A stretch of 64,000 bases of DNA from Amoebophrya sp. A120. Taxonomy: Eukaryota > Protista > Dinoflagellata. The stretch covers positions 3,823,556 to 3,887,555 of the forward strand of contig CAJINV010000005.1 of assembly GCA_905178155.1 (NCBI GenBank), written 5' to 3'. Made by a program: the position numbers and the translations under genes. The number at the start of each line of letters is the position of its first letter. The stretch's first letter is position 1. Shown piece by piece: positions 1 through 12,186 of this stretch. Below the pieces are notes generated by a model that saw only the letters and a program-made list of their open reading frames with translations, made no database searches and was not told the DNA's origin.

Positions 1-141
1 TTCTCGGCCTTTCGGCTCTTTCTCGGCCTTTCGGCTCTTTCTCGGCTTTCTCGGCCTTTCGGCTTTCTCGGTTTCGCGGGCCCTCGCTTTCCTGATTCTC
101 GTTGATCGACACACTGTGGCGACATAACCTGCCGACTTGTA
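1..141. repeat. TTCTCGGC(C/T)TTCGG microrepeat array plus 57-bp unique end; probable transposon terminus, copy 1
   Basis: Tandem ttctcggc/ttcggc units at 1-80; 85-141 matches 3472-3528 with one mismatch. Confidence 0.75.
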
Positions 142-200
142 GTGTACATGACTTTTGCTACAAGGGTGTTCGAAGAGTTATTTTCACTTTTATTTTCCGG

Positions 201-510
201 CTATCCACTGTACATTCGTTCTAGTCTTCGAGATAGTGGCGCAGCTATCCAAATAGTGCAAATCAAGCGCAAAGCTTCGGCCAGGGTCGGAAATTTGTTG
301 AAGAGGAGCAAGAATTGTGACACTTTTCGTCTTCCCGTCGCAACCGCGTCAGAGCTGCAAGACAATTCTTCATTGCACAAATCTCAAGCACTTTGCTTTT
401 CGCACATTTGCAAAATCGTCAGATACAGATCATCCAACAAATTTCTGGCCGTAAAAGCTTTCCATTCGATATGTACAGGATTTGCTACGTTCCGATCAAC
501 TACGAGCGAA
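201..510 (-). pseudogene. Decayed hAT-like transposase C-terminal dimerisation fragment
   Basis: Minus frame reads HIEWKAF...SA*DL...NKFPTLAEALRLICTIWIAAPLSRRLERMYSG*, resembling the hAT motif FPxLxxxxxxxLTIPxxxAxxERxFS; one in-frame stop. Confidence 0.4.
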
Positions 511-935
511 GACGTTATCGTACAAACATTACACCAATTACGTTCTGACCATTTTCGTTCTTTGTCGTAAACAAATTACGTGCGCTGTCACGATCTTGGA
601 ATAAAATCCTTTGGAATAAAATCCTTTTTCCTTTGGTCTGCAGCGTTGCAACCAAGCAAGCTCAGACACAATAGTACTCTGTTACATTTGGTAAAGTATA
701 GCATCAGCTTCATCCGGTTAATCTAAGACTATTGGAAATAATACACGCCTCTTGAGATGTTCATCAAGATTTTCATTTTACAGATATTTGCTGGTCGATT
801 TCATTTCTAGCAAGCTGGCTACGTCGTGCGTGCATTTTTTCAGGCTAAAACATTCTAGTTGGGAAGACAAACTGGGTACCCAGCTTCCAGTAAAATCCTC
901 TTGTCCTGCTACTCGAGATTCAATAGCAAACCGTT

Positions 936-2955
936 CTACTGGTCCGGCAGGCCCGATGGATTGTTCATGCTGACTAGAAACTTCATCCGATTACTGAAAC
1001 GCTGCTGCGAAGGCTGCTTTTTTGATTTCACAGTGGAAAATTGATCCTCCCCGTCCATATCCTGCAGTCGCTTTGTGCTGCTGGGTTTTTTGTGTACACA
1101 AGTCATACTACTTGTCATGTCAGAAGGCAAGCGATGCGGATTCTAGTGCAGTCAGCAATGGCAAAGCGCTGCATTTGTTCCTCATCGGACGAACTTGCCG
1201 CATTTGCTCAGAGTAGCATGCAGAAAGCACGACCAAATGCCTGCAAACCAGGCCTTGGGTGTGTCTGGTTGCCTTCCAGCAGCACGAGTTTAGCTTTAGT
1301 TTTCATCTTCTACTTACTCCTTTTACAAATTCTTTTTCGAGTATGTGGACGGAGGGGATACTATTTTTCCTCACGATATTCAAAAAGTGCGCGTGTCCCA
1401 TGCTTTCCTGCTCGTTTCTGCGGGACTTCGGCGCGCCCGTGCTGGCAGCCCCCGCAGCTGTAGTACTACTACCGGGTGGATTATTCGTCACTAGTTGGCT
1501 ATTTCCCTTGTCCGTGAGGATCGGCAGCGTCACAGATTGGCTGTGCTTCATGCTCGCCTCCTTCTGGAACAGTTCTACCGAACTGTTGTGTGTCGATTCA
1601 TAGCTCGTGATTTGAAACGACGGCACGGGGCCCGAAAGTTGCTCCGCCTCAGCATCCTCGTCCACCAGAAAGCCTCGCGCACCACCGCGATTCGCACTCC
1701 CACTGCGCATGGCAGCAGGGGGCTGATCCAGCCGCTTCGGGGTGGGCAGCTGTGCGACAACGAGCCGCTTGCTCTGCGTCGACGGGGAACGGTATGCACT
1801 TGCAGCAAATGTCAATCTTTAATATCGATCTGGAAATATCACAGCGCACTTTATTGTTTAGCATCGACAAAATAATCGATGAAATATTATATTCGACAAG
1901 GCAGCTGTTGTCCATCTAATATTATTTATAGTGCTGTAAAGTGAGAATAGGCAACACAAGGACCCACAAGAAGTCATCATGGAAGCAATTGTGAGGAAGA
2001 TGAGATTTTCTGGGTAATCCTATGTAAAACTGTGTACTCTGGCGCTGCATCGCAAGAACAATCTGTGTACTTGTTCCAGATCATGCCTCAGATGACATTT
2101 GTTTGCACTAGATAAAGATGCCTGCTTCCCGACCGACAAATCCGGAACTGGTCGGTGCTGCGGTGGATAATGCTGGCCGCCGGGCTGGTGTTTTATGATT
2201 GCAAATTCCGTGAAGCGAGTCTTTTCCTGCTCATTGGATTTGTTATTTTTGAATACCAAATAAACTCTGCAAAAGGCTTGTTATTTCGCGCCTTTTATTG
2301 CGATGAAACAAAAGCGCACACCAAACTGCTGCTTGGTTAGGCAGTTGATGCTGTCCCAGGCAGTTGATGCCGTCTCTAGAAGTGAAAGAACAAGTCAGTG
2401 GCGCCAGGGCCAGCACATGATTTTCACGCAAAAAATAAACTTAATATACTTACCAACATCTCAGGCGAGGCACTGCGCGGCGGAGGGCCGCGACGCAGGG
2501 CTTGCGAGGAGGTCTGCCGCTCGTGGTGCTTCTGCTGTGACGACGCTGTCAGGTCCACCTGCTGGCCCACTCGAAGATTCTCGTAATCCAGGGCAGACGC
2601 CAGCGTAGTGTGCATCAAGCCCCCGCTGCCTATTGTGGTTGCAGGCGTCAGCCTATCAAATGTAAAAATGTCTGGGTCTGGAAGATTGCGAGATTTGTCA
2701 TGCTTGTCTGGCATGACTCTCAGATCTGTCATGCACGTTACCCAAGAGCCCGATTTTTCTGTGATGCAGAAACGCAGTTTGTCATGCAGAATAGGCAACA
2801 GCTAGAAGCTCAGAAACTTGTCATGCTGAGCCAGCACTTGTGGCCTCATCATGAGACGCCACCCAGCATCACAAGTTTCCAGACCCAGACATTTTTACAT
2901 TTGATACAGCCCGCGCGCTCGTGCGCCGCCAGTCGTGTTTTTCAACGCGGAACCT
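936..2955 (-). CDS. Multi-exon hypothetical low-complexity protein, boundaries approximate
   Basis: Collinear GC-rich minus ORFs (936-1130, 1303-1815, 2424-2653, 2907-2955); excising introner 2654-2906 joins ARARGL to TPATTIG. Confidence 0.5.
2654..2906. mobile_element. Introner, family A
   Basis: TIR tatcaaatgtaaaaatgtctgggtctggaa at both ends; TSD CAGCC/CAGCC; host on minus strand. Confidence 0.9.
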
Positions 2956-2970
2956 GACGAACACCAGTGC

Positions 2971-3020
2971 TTGAATGAATGAATGATTTACCCAACTGAC
3001 GGGGTTATTAGAGATGTTAG
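2971..3020 (-). repeat. Dispersed ~50-bp repeat with (CATT)n tail on minus strand; possible non-LTR 3' end
   Basis: ttgaatgaatgaatgatttacccaactgacggggttattagaga is nearly identical to 20900-20943. Confidence 0.6.
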
Positions 3021-3211
3021 TAACTATGAGAGATGCTGAGTAGAAAAATCATGCCGCCGAAACTATCTGTAGGGCTACACATCAACCTCATGCTTCTACA
3101 AAGATTCGCCACTATAACTCCTATTGCTGAGCAGGGGCAGTTAAAATTACAAGGGGCAGTTAAAACTAGTAAACCGCCATCTATCAAGTTAAGCTTTGGC
3201 CAGGGCGTAAA

Positions 3212-3528
3212 AAGCCGAGAATTGGAAACCGAGAGCCGAGAATTGGAAACCGGAAACCGGAANNNNNNNNNNNNNNNNNNNNNNNNNNNNNNNNNNNNNN
3301 NNNNNNNNNNNNNNNNNNNNNNNNNNNNNNNNNNNNNNNNNNNNNNNNNNNNNNNNNNNNNNTTCTCGGCCTTTCGGCCCCTTCTCGGCCTTTCGGCCCC
3401 TTCTCTGCCTTTCGGCCCCTTGGCCTGTCGGTCGTTATTCAGCCTTTCGGCCTCTCGGCTTCTCGGGCTACCGCTTTCCTGATTCTCGTTGATCGACACA
3501 CTGTGGCGACATAACCTGCCAACTTGTA
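3212..3528. repeat. Repeat arrays either side of the gap; transposon terminus copy 2
   Basis: agccgagaattggaaaccg units left of the gap, reverse-complement-like ttctcggc units right of it, then the 57-bp segment shared with 85-141. Confidence 0.7.
3263..3362. other. Assembly gap (100 N)
   Basis: Run of n. Confidence 0.99.
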
Positions 3529-4577
3529 ATTTTAATTGCTGGAGGAAAGCAATTAGCTTCTTCGGGCAATAACCTTCAGCAATGGGAATCGGAATCCTCG
3601 ATAAAAGCAACAAGAAGAGAAGATGAGTAACTACTATTGAACTGCAACTCCCACGAAATAAACAACATCATGTACCGACAGGCCCCGCACTCGGTTGCGT
3701 GAGCCCCGCGCGGATGATTTGCTGCGAAGTTTCCTTCTCGGTTGTATCTTGGTACATACTTGGGGCGTGCGTCATTGTGTGGCTGAGCTCGAGCTATGCA
3801 AAGACATCATCCCCTCGCCCCACCATCGTCGCGAATGTGACGAGTAGTAAATAACAGCGCTTGACTTACACTTAATTTCCCTCTCATGTCCTGCCCCATT
3901 GGCGAAAGATATTCAAGTGGCGCCCCGATTTCATTCTTTTTATTCCTAGTAATTTGCGGAGTAATTGCATTGTATGTGGCGAAAACATCAGTGCATTCGT
4001 ATCGTCCGGTGCGTTTATTTCTCTATCAAGTGCTGCTCCGTCTGCGATGCAAATGTTTAGGCGAAGGAAGAATTAGCTCGCGTATCAGCGTTGGCGAATG
4101 CAATAAATTGAACGAAGTGACGTTGAGACCGGCTCCAATTTCGTGCGGCACAAACGGGGGCGGAGACGGACTTGTCCGCCGCGCTGCCAAGTCCGGCGGG
4201 TCCCCGTAGTACAAATGCGAAGTCTTCATGGGCTGTTTGTGATTGTGGATTGTGTAAATATCGAACCTTTCCTCCTTGCCGCTAGTCTCTTCTAATTGAG
4301 TCTGACTGTGACTTGTCTTTCTTCTTACTAGAATCCAGAATTCGTTCTTATTTAGATAAACTTTTCAGCCCCCAAAGCTGGTGGTGCACGCGACCAGTTC
4401 TACAGAATGGCGACAGTCTTGACACAACCGCGCTGGCGCTGCGTGCTACCCGCCCAGAAGTCGCCCATAATAAATGGATCCAATGCAACACAGGCATCCA
4501 ACATTTATACTAATTGCAGTGCCGTATGTGGAAGCGCCGTATGGCTGAATCAGCACTAATTTCATGCAGCATGAGAG

Positions 4578-7500
4578 CTATTTCATCAAAAACACGCGAC
4601 CAACTAGCATATCTGTCGTAAAACAATTGCGGCGTACCGTCTGAAATTTGTTGCTGCTCCGCGGATCCCGCACTCGAAGACTGGCCTCTCGGGAGCCAAG
4701 TCGGGGCCCTGGTTCACCTATCCGCAGTGTTTCGACACCCGCCTCTTCGATCAGTTTGCGGCCCGACGCTTCGGCGAAGTGGCCCTGCAGACGAGGCTGT
4801 GCGGGGAGCGGCGCCCGGCTGGTGGCCTCCATAAGATGGTGCTGCGAGAGTCCTCCTCCGCCCGGGGGTAGAATTTGTCCTCCCCCTCGCTCCGGACTCA
4901 GGCTGCGCTGCGTGCGGGGGCTGAGGCTTCGCATGCTCGACTCCCCGAGCAGCGAGCGCGTGTGCAGGCTGGGCTCGTCCGTGGAGGTAGCGGAAATGCG
5001 GCTCATGCTGTAAAAGTTGCTGGAAACGTACGCGTATGCATTGCAAAAGTATCGTATTCGTACTGCAATCATGCATTACAAATTTTCTTGTCAAGTCAAA
5101 TCCGCATTACAAATTTTATTTCTCATGCTAAGAAAATTTGTAATGCATTTATACGAGTACGATACTTTTGCAGTTCATAACGCGTTCAGATTCCGCCGGA
5201 CTTCTTCGGAGGTCCGGTACCGCTTCGGGCTCGACTTCGGACTGGCTTTTCGGATGATGGCACTCGTCCGGGCCCGCTTCTGCAGCGCCGCCTCAAAGGT
5301 TTCAAAGCCCTTATAAAACTCCTGGTACATCTTTCGCTGGTCGTCGGCCGTCATCTCCCCGCTGCCGCTGGTGTGCAGCACGCTCATGAGCGAGCGTTGC
5401 TGGCCCGACCAATGCTTGCCGGCCCGGTTCTCCTGCCGGATCATGCGGTCCAGCGCGTCCTGGTAGAGCCGTTCGTACATATCAAATGAAAAAATGTCTG
5501 GGTCTGGAACATTGCGAGATTTGTCATGCTGATCCGGCATGGCCCTTAAATCTGTATTGCGTGGCCACAAACAGCCTCTCTCGCCTGTCATGCAAAAGCG
5601 CAGTTTCTCATGCGGAATACGCAGCGCAGAAGCACGAAGCAACAGCAACTTGTCATGCTTGGCGGCGCATTACAGTGCATTTCTTATTGACTGACTTGCA
5701 TCACAAGTTTCCAGATCGACATTTTTGCATTTCATAGTACACCTTGCGGATCGACTTCGCCCCGAACAGGAGGTTGGTGATCCCGCTATCCTTCAGGGCG
5801 GCGTCGATCAGGTTGTTCTTCACGCCCGCCTTGCTCAGAGCCTGCTTCATATCGGTAAACTTCGACTGGAGTTCGGTGACCGCGGCCTCGAGCTTTTTCG
5901 CGTACACTTCCTTCTCTTCCAGATCCGCCCGAAGCTGTGCGACCAACTTCTCCAGCCGCCGGATCTGCTGCGTCTTCGGGTCCACCTCCACGCGGGTGGC
6001 CTTCTGCATCAGAAACTGCTCCTTGCTCTCCTTATCCACCACCACACGCGTGTTGCCCTCTTCGGCCCCCACCACCTCGAACCGGTCCGCGTTGCGCCGC
6101 ATTTGCTCCGGGTTCAACACCTGTTCGATAGTAAGCTCCTGCGCCACCGGCTCGCCGTTCTCGTTCAAGATCGGATTGTCCTCGATAGGGACGTACACGT
6201 TGCGCTTCTCCTGCACTTTGTTCTGGACTTTGTAGCTTTGACCTGCATATTCACAGAAACATCAAGGAAAAAGATTTATTGAGAAGAAGATGCGTCCAGA
6301 ATTCGGCGCCGCGAGCTCATGATGTAAGTAGTAGATCCGGGTCAAGTTGGAGAAACGAACCTGAAACAGAACAGAGCCGGCACGAGGAAAAAGAAGTGCA
6401 GTCGGCTTTTTAAAAAATATCGGCGTGAAAATGTTGAAAATGCACCATCCCCGACGGAGACTGACGACGCTAGAACAAGCCGCTCACTACGATATTGAGA
6501 CCTGGCTCTCTGACTCTGTCCGCTGAGGATCATACCAAGCAGTAGTACTTACGTACCTATACTACACAACTCGTACAAAATGAATCCGTTTATTGACACC
6601 TCGCTTCTTGTCGTCCACGCCCGCGTAAGTAACCTCGCCCTGGTCGTTGCCCAGGTCTCGGAACGCCCACTCGCGGTCGGACTCGGAGCTGTGCGCGCCG
6701 CCGCTGGGCGCTCCCGCGCTGAGGCGCCCCACGCTCGACGCCGGCTTGGAGTAGGGTCGACTGCCCCCCTGGCTGCTGGCCGCGCCGCGACTCCCCGGCT
6801 TACTGCCCGACGACATGCTGTGCGCGTACGGTACGCCGGCCACCTGCCGCGCCACCTCCAGCGGGCTGTCTCCCTCCAGGGGCAACATGGCCTCCGGGAC
6901 GGGGACGGTGCCGGGACGCATCTTTTTCACCGCCGTCAGCTCTTCCGCGTCCGGGTGCGCGTCCACAAACACCCAGGTGCGTTTCTCCACGATCTTGCGC
7001 TGTACGCGAAACTCCTTACCGGTCTCCACCTCCGTGATTTTCGCGACCTTGTCGTCCACCTCTTTCATCTTGTAGCCGCTCAGGCCCTGCACCCGCACCT
7101 CGCGCGGTTCGCTGCGGGCGTTCATCGGGGCCTCATTCGGGAATATCCACTCTTCCTCGCTTTGTTCCAGGCCGCGCCGGCTACCGCCGAATGCGCTCTT
7201 CTCGCGCGACGGCAAACGGGAATTGTCCTACAGTTTTACAATCTTTTAGTTTTGCCGTGTGTTGTAGTTGTCTCAAACTCGTCGAGTTTTCATTCCTACA
7301 GCCTGAAGAAGAAGAACCAGTGCGGGATACAATCGAGGATATAATGTTCCCTGCTCGGTATAACTATAATAGCACGCGGCGCTCGGCGACCGATACTTCT
7401 GCAAATCAAGTAGTTCCAGTAGTTGTGTACCGAATCCATGGGGCCTCGGTACTGGTCAATGTTGTCCAGGTCGTCCGGCGAAGACATTGCTCGGGACGAA

Positions 7501-10500
7501 GGCGACACATCTGGAGAAACTTGCGCGGCCGGCATCGCGACGCCCGCCGCACTAGCCTTTTCAGCCTGAAAATTTCATTTTATTAACCGAATGTCTTGTC
7601 GCACGATCAGAGCCGCGCCGGCTCTTATCATTTTTGTCTTCAATGTTACGATCATTTGAGATAATGCGCACATAGAGCTGAAAGCGACAAATTTTCCTGT
7701 CACGTTTGTACCATTTCCCCCATACGTTCCTCCATTTTCGCCATCTTCCCCTCCAGCTTGGAAGCGTCTTTCCTTGCTTGCGCCGCGTCCTTCTTAGAGG
7801 CCGCCAACTCGGCAAGCAGCCGGTTGATTTCGTTCTTCAGGTCCATGTTTTCGCCCTGCAGCATGTCGACAGACTGCTCGAGGCCATCAACCTTGTCGCG
7901 CAGCAACGAAGACTCCGCCTATCAAATGCAAAAATGTCTGGGTCTGGAATGTTGCTTATCATGCATATTTTGTATGACCCAGGATGTCTGTAATGCACGA
8001 CCTAGCATCACAGATTTTTAGAGAGCCTCCTGTTCCCTACTCCGCATGACAAATGCCGTCCCCGCGTAGCACAAACTAGACTCCTCTTGCTGGTCACGCA
8101 ATACAGATTTTTTTTAGAGTCCAAAGTTAGCATCACAAGTTCCAACCTTCCAGACCCAAACATTTTTGCATTTGATACCGCCTCCATTTTTGCCATCTCC
8201 TGAACGGCGAAATCTGGGAGGCCTCCGTCGGCGCCCGTGCCTTTCGCACTGACTCCTTTTCCGGTTGAGGATGAGCTTGCCGGACGGGAATCTGCCGCCC
8301 GCTGTGCGGTGTCGGCCTGTTTCACAAGTTGAAGTTTGCAGGTAACACATTCTATCTACAGCACGTAAGACTGAATCTATTACGTACCATGAAATACTCA
8401 GCGACAGCAACCTCCTCGTGCGTCACCAGTAAGAGTAACAAAAATATGTACAACATATATATCGATATGATGCTCGAGGGCGGCAATTCTGAGCAACGAC
8501 CGACCACTGCTATTACAACCAAGAAATTAAGCCTCTTACCATTCATTTCATCCATTACATGATGAGCAGGGAGTAGTAAGTGAAGATTTTTACTTACGTA
8601 CCTTCATCGCGCCCATGCGCTCGATTTCCTTCTCGGCAAGCTTGAGCTTCTTTTCCAACTCCCGCTTCTCCCGCAGGGCCTGCTCGGCCTGCGCTTTCAG
8701 GGTGGCGATTTGCTTTTTCAGGTCCTCGGCGCTTTCCTGGTCGTCCACGGGCATCATGGCCGCCACCACGGCGTTCTGCCCGCTGCCGGTTTCCTCCAAC
8801 TTGCGAATCTTGTTCTCCAGCGCGAGCTTTTCCTGTTCGGTGGTCCGGAAAAATTCTTGTAGGTGCTTTATCTTATCTTGTAACGCCTGGATTTGGTCGA
8901 GGAATTCGGCATTCCCACTCGTCCCCTTTAACGCCGTAATCAGCTTGTCGCGCTGGGACAAGGCAAGCTCCGCATCGTCCTGAAAAAATTTGTTGCTTCA
9001 ACGTGAAGATGATCATAGCGATGAAACAACTGAAGAGGCAAATGCCGATCTTTTTCTACTTATTTTTTCCTGCAATTGCACGGAGGACGGAAGCCCCGCA
9101 AGTCGCGTCTTGGCCAGCTATGTACTAGTTCAAGCCGACTGATATAAATTGCGAATACCCTACTAACAATTTGACAGAGACATGAAGTTCTACACGGATA
9201 TTAGATCATGCAGGTTGTGGACAAGAATTGGACTGTCAAACATTCATCCGATTCATCCGAGGGATATTGTGAATAATCAAATCAATAAAATACCTTCTGC
9301 TTAGACATCAAGTCCAACTTTTTCTGCAGGCTGTCTCGCTCCTGCTATGAAAATGCAAAATCCCCCTAGTACCCATATTCGAACAAAGTGATTTTTCTGT
9401 TGCGGAGGTATGAGCGTACACAAATTCACGCGTAGTTTTGCAAGAGGGCTATGGCACCCAACGATCCGTAATGAAGATGATCGAAGGCAAGTTATTGTCG
9501 ACGTGCTACTCATCTGCCCAGTTTTTAGCCTACCCGCACAGACCGAGCGTCTTGCTCCTGCGCGCGACTCCAGAGGGGATGCGCCCCCTCGTCCTTTTGC
9601 ACTTGACTATTTGTAAGAGAAACTTTATACGAACAGGGGTTTTGACTTCGAGGGAATTTCTCCTTCGCGGATACCCTCTGCGCGTTCACGAGGTTCTGCA
9701 CGGTTTCGCCCATAACCTGCTTCATGGCCTGGCGACCCGACTGGAATGCTGATTTCAGCCGGTCGCGGAGGAACTCCTTCAGGAGCTCTTTCTGGGTGTC
9801 ATCCAGGTTCAACCACACCTCGCTGTTGATAAAGCTGATGTCGTCAGGCCCGCAGAGCTGCGCGAGCATGGCTTCCACCGCGGCTTTTTGGCTGGTGGCG
9901 TCTTCACTCATGAACCGCATCTGGTCCTTCATCACGTTCACAGTCTGGAAGTACTCCTTCCTGACCTCCCCGAACACGGCGTTGTCCTTCGCGTCGACCT
10001 TTCGATTTTGGAACGCGTAGAACAGCGCCTCCCGGAGCGCTTCCAGCTTGCCCTCCACCAAGGCTTCGACGAGAAGCAGTGTCGTATGGAGAGAAAAAAG
10101 TTTGACACAGTCATTAACTTCAACTTGCAGGTTTTGCATTACAAATTTTTGTAGCATCACAGCTTTCCTCTGTATTGCAGAAACACTAGGGAAAATCCTT
10201 ATGAAGTGTGGCTGTGATGCATTTTTACGCATGACTGAGAGTTTTGTATTGCGAAAATGCGCATGAGTGATCGTGACGAACTTTTTTTCTTTGATATGTC
10301 GTGAACCAGGTGTAGTCGGTCAGAATGGAGAGCATCAGGTTCTTCGGAGCGCCAAAGGAGTACACCATTCGGGCGCCCCAGTACTGAATCATCTCGGCGA
10401 TCGATACTTCGGAATCCAGTGCAAAAGTATCGCACTCGTATAAATGCAAGTCTTGCATTACAAATCTTTTTCTTAAGGTAAATCCGCATCGCAAATTTTA

Positions 10501-11114
10501 TCTCTCATGCTGTGGAAATTTGTAATGCATTGATACGAGTACGATACTTTTGCAGTTCATATTCGGAATCCAGGAACGAGTGGAGCTGCTTTTGGATTTT
10601 CATGGGAATGCGGATCTTGAACAGCCGCCACTTTTGCACCCCATACCGGTTTGGATGGAAGTAGTGGGCAAAGGGGCGAAAGTTTTCCAACTCCTCGCCC
10701 ACCGGAATGTCCTTCTCCTGCCCGCGTTTTCTCCAAGGGAAAAGCAGTAGACCCATACAACCGTATCAGCCAAGATTTGATGTAGCACGCAGCTTTTTGT
10801 CTGCTCAGCATAACGAATCTTCTCGGCACCTCTTTGGCCCGTTAGCCGTTTTGCATGACAGGGTTCGAAGCAGCTTCTTGTGCCATAAAAACAGCAAAAA
10901 TACAAATTCATTTTTGCTTTTTGGTCGGGGTGTAAGTACTTCTTCCCTGGAGGATATCCTTCGTCAAGATTTGGATTTCATCCTTGGTAAGGCCGCGGTC
11001 CTCCTCGATCATGAATGGCTGCGAGAGGTGTGGTCGCTCTCTCCGCGGGCTCGTGTCGATAATTGTGTTGGGCTCCCAAGCTGGGGCCCCGCGGGGACCG
11101 GGCGACGAGGGCAT
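4578..11114 (-). CDS. Large multi-exon coiled-coil protein, function unknown
   Basis: E/K/Q-rich heptad-like ORFs (5701-6216, 7700-7906, 8590-8961); introner removal joins LDSE|VSIA, WFTT|LLLV, MEA|ESSLL, RKVY|ERLY, LNA|YVSS. Confidence 0.7.
5035..5179. mobile_element. Introner, family C
   Basis: TIR tatg...tgcaaaagtatcgta; TSD ACGCG/ACGCG; close paralogue of 10413-10561. Confidence 0.9.
5480..5736. mobile_element. Introner, family A
   Basis: Family A TIR; TSD GTACA/GTACA; excision gives KVYERLYQ; no GT-AG option at the ends. Confidence 0.9.
7920..8177. mobile_element. Introner, family A
   Basis: Family A TIR; TSD CCGCC/CCGCC; excision gives MEAESSLLRDK. Confidence 0.9.
10085..10296. mobile_element. 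Introner, family E-like
   Basis: tatggagagaaaaaag ... ctttttttctttgata; TSD TGTCG/TGTCG; frame restored. Confidence 0.8.
10413..10561. mobile_element. Introner, family C
   Basis: gcaaaagtatcg TIR; TSD TTCGG/TTCGG; frame restored. Confidence 0.88.
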
Positions 11115-12186
11115 GACTTTGTGCGATATTAACTACCACCCGATATTAATTTCGGTCGACACAATGGGAAAACCACTACAGACCTGGATTAGAGAGCAGC
11201 ATGGTCCGTGCTGTTGTCCTTCGGCGCGATGCTGCGGCTACTGTTCAAGTTTACGATTTCTATATTTTTCGACTTGTAGTAAGACAACAGGCTCGCAACG
11301 AATGGATTTCGCAGCTGCGTCAGCTTTTAGTCTCCCTTTTCAGTGGCAGTGCGAGTGCCAGTGCCCCGACTTTGCCACCCTTTTTTGCATTAACAAAAAA
11401 AAAGCTACTGAAGATTTTGTTGGAGTAAGTCATTTATACGATATAGGGACGTATCTGCTGCTGCTGGAAAACTGCCAAGCATGGCCGTATTTGTACACTT
11501 TCGAAGCGAAACGAACCTCCTACAACGCGATGCTATTGTTCTTTTTTCAAACAAACGAGCGAATAAGACGAGAGCGAGAGTGGGTTCGATTTTTTACCAC
11601 GAATAGCTTCTTTTTTTTTATTTTCCCAGTCGATTTCTTGCCCCGGTAAATCAAAATGAAGTTGCCCACATTTCAATGTCGCGAACAGACGAGGTTGGCC
11701 CGTGGTCAAAAGGATTAGGTGATGCTACATACCGAGTAAAGTGAACATCCCCATTTCCTACAAAAACAGACGCACGCAAATTTCTCTGCTCACATGAACA
11801 CATTGAAGTTGCGAAGAGCTCCGTGTGATTCTTCGACCGGCTAAGCACTTCAGACAAAATCGAATTCAAAGCAAGTGGATTGTGAAGAGTACGAAACTGA
11901 TGTTTTTCTTCGACGAAGTTGTGTTGCGCTCGCATAATCCAGTTTGCTCGTCCTTGTATGTAGTACTAGTGCTTTAAATGATGAATCAGCCTCCGAGGGA
12001 GATTGCACTCGTAGAAGTGATGACAGCAGCTACAACCAGCTTGCTGGTAGATCATACATCAACTACCTCGAGATAAACATATGCACATGGCAAAACTATT
12101 GTGGAAGTAGACTATTGTACAAAAACTTCGTATATGATTTTTCCCGCACCAAAATTACTGCTCTGAAGCATTGACACATCTTCCTC

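Noticed and set aside
597-627. Small duplications here, at 14340-14415 and at 23509-23555
   Set aside because: Ordinary slippage-type repeats with no further structure.
2608-2957. Recurring ORF peptides IKCKNVWVWK, FQTQTFLHLI, LPDPDIF and LQKYR across the ORF track, suggesting a protein repeat family
   Set aside because: They are translations of introner TIRs in different frames, not coding repeats.
5725-7344. Long plus-strand ORFs (5725-6282, 6580-7344) and similar antisense ORFs elsewhere
   Set aside because: Shadows of GC3-rich exons on the opposite strand.
9604-9650. Short direct repeat (ttgact) bracketing an introner-like end
   Set aside because: No matching second TIR and the frame is open through it; cannot be supported.
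10408-10573. Apparent 12-bp direct repeat ttcggaatccag, implying a longer TSD
   Set aside because: Alignment with 5035-5179 places the boundary after TTCGG; the extra match overlaps the TIR and is probably chance.
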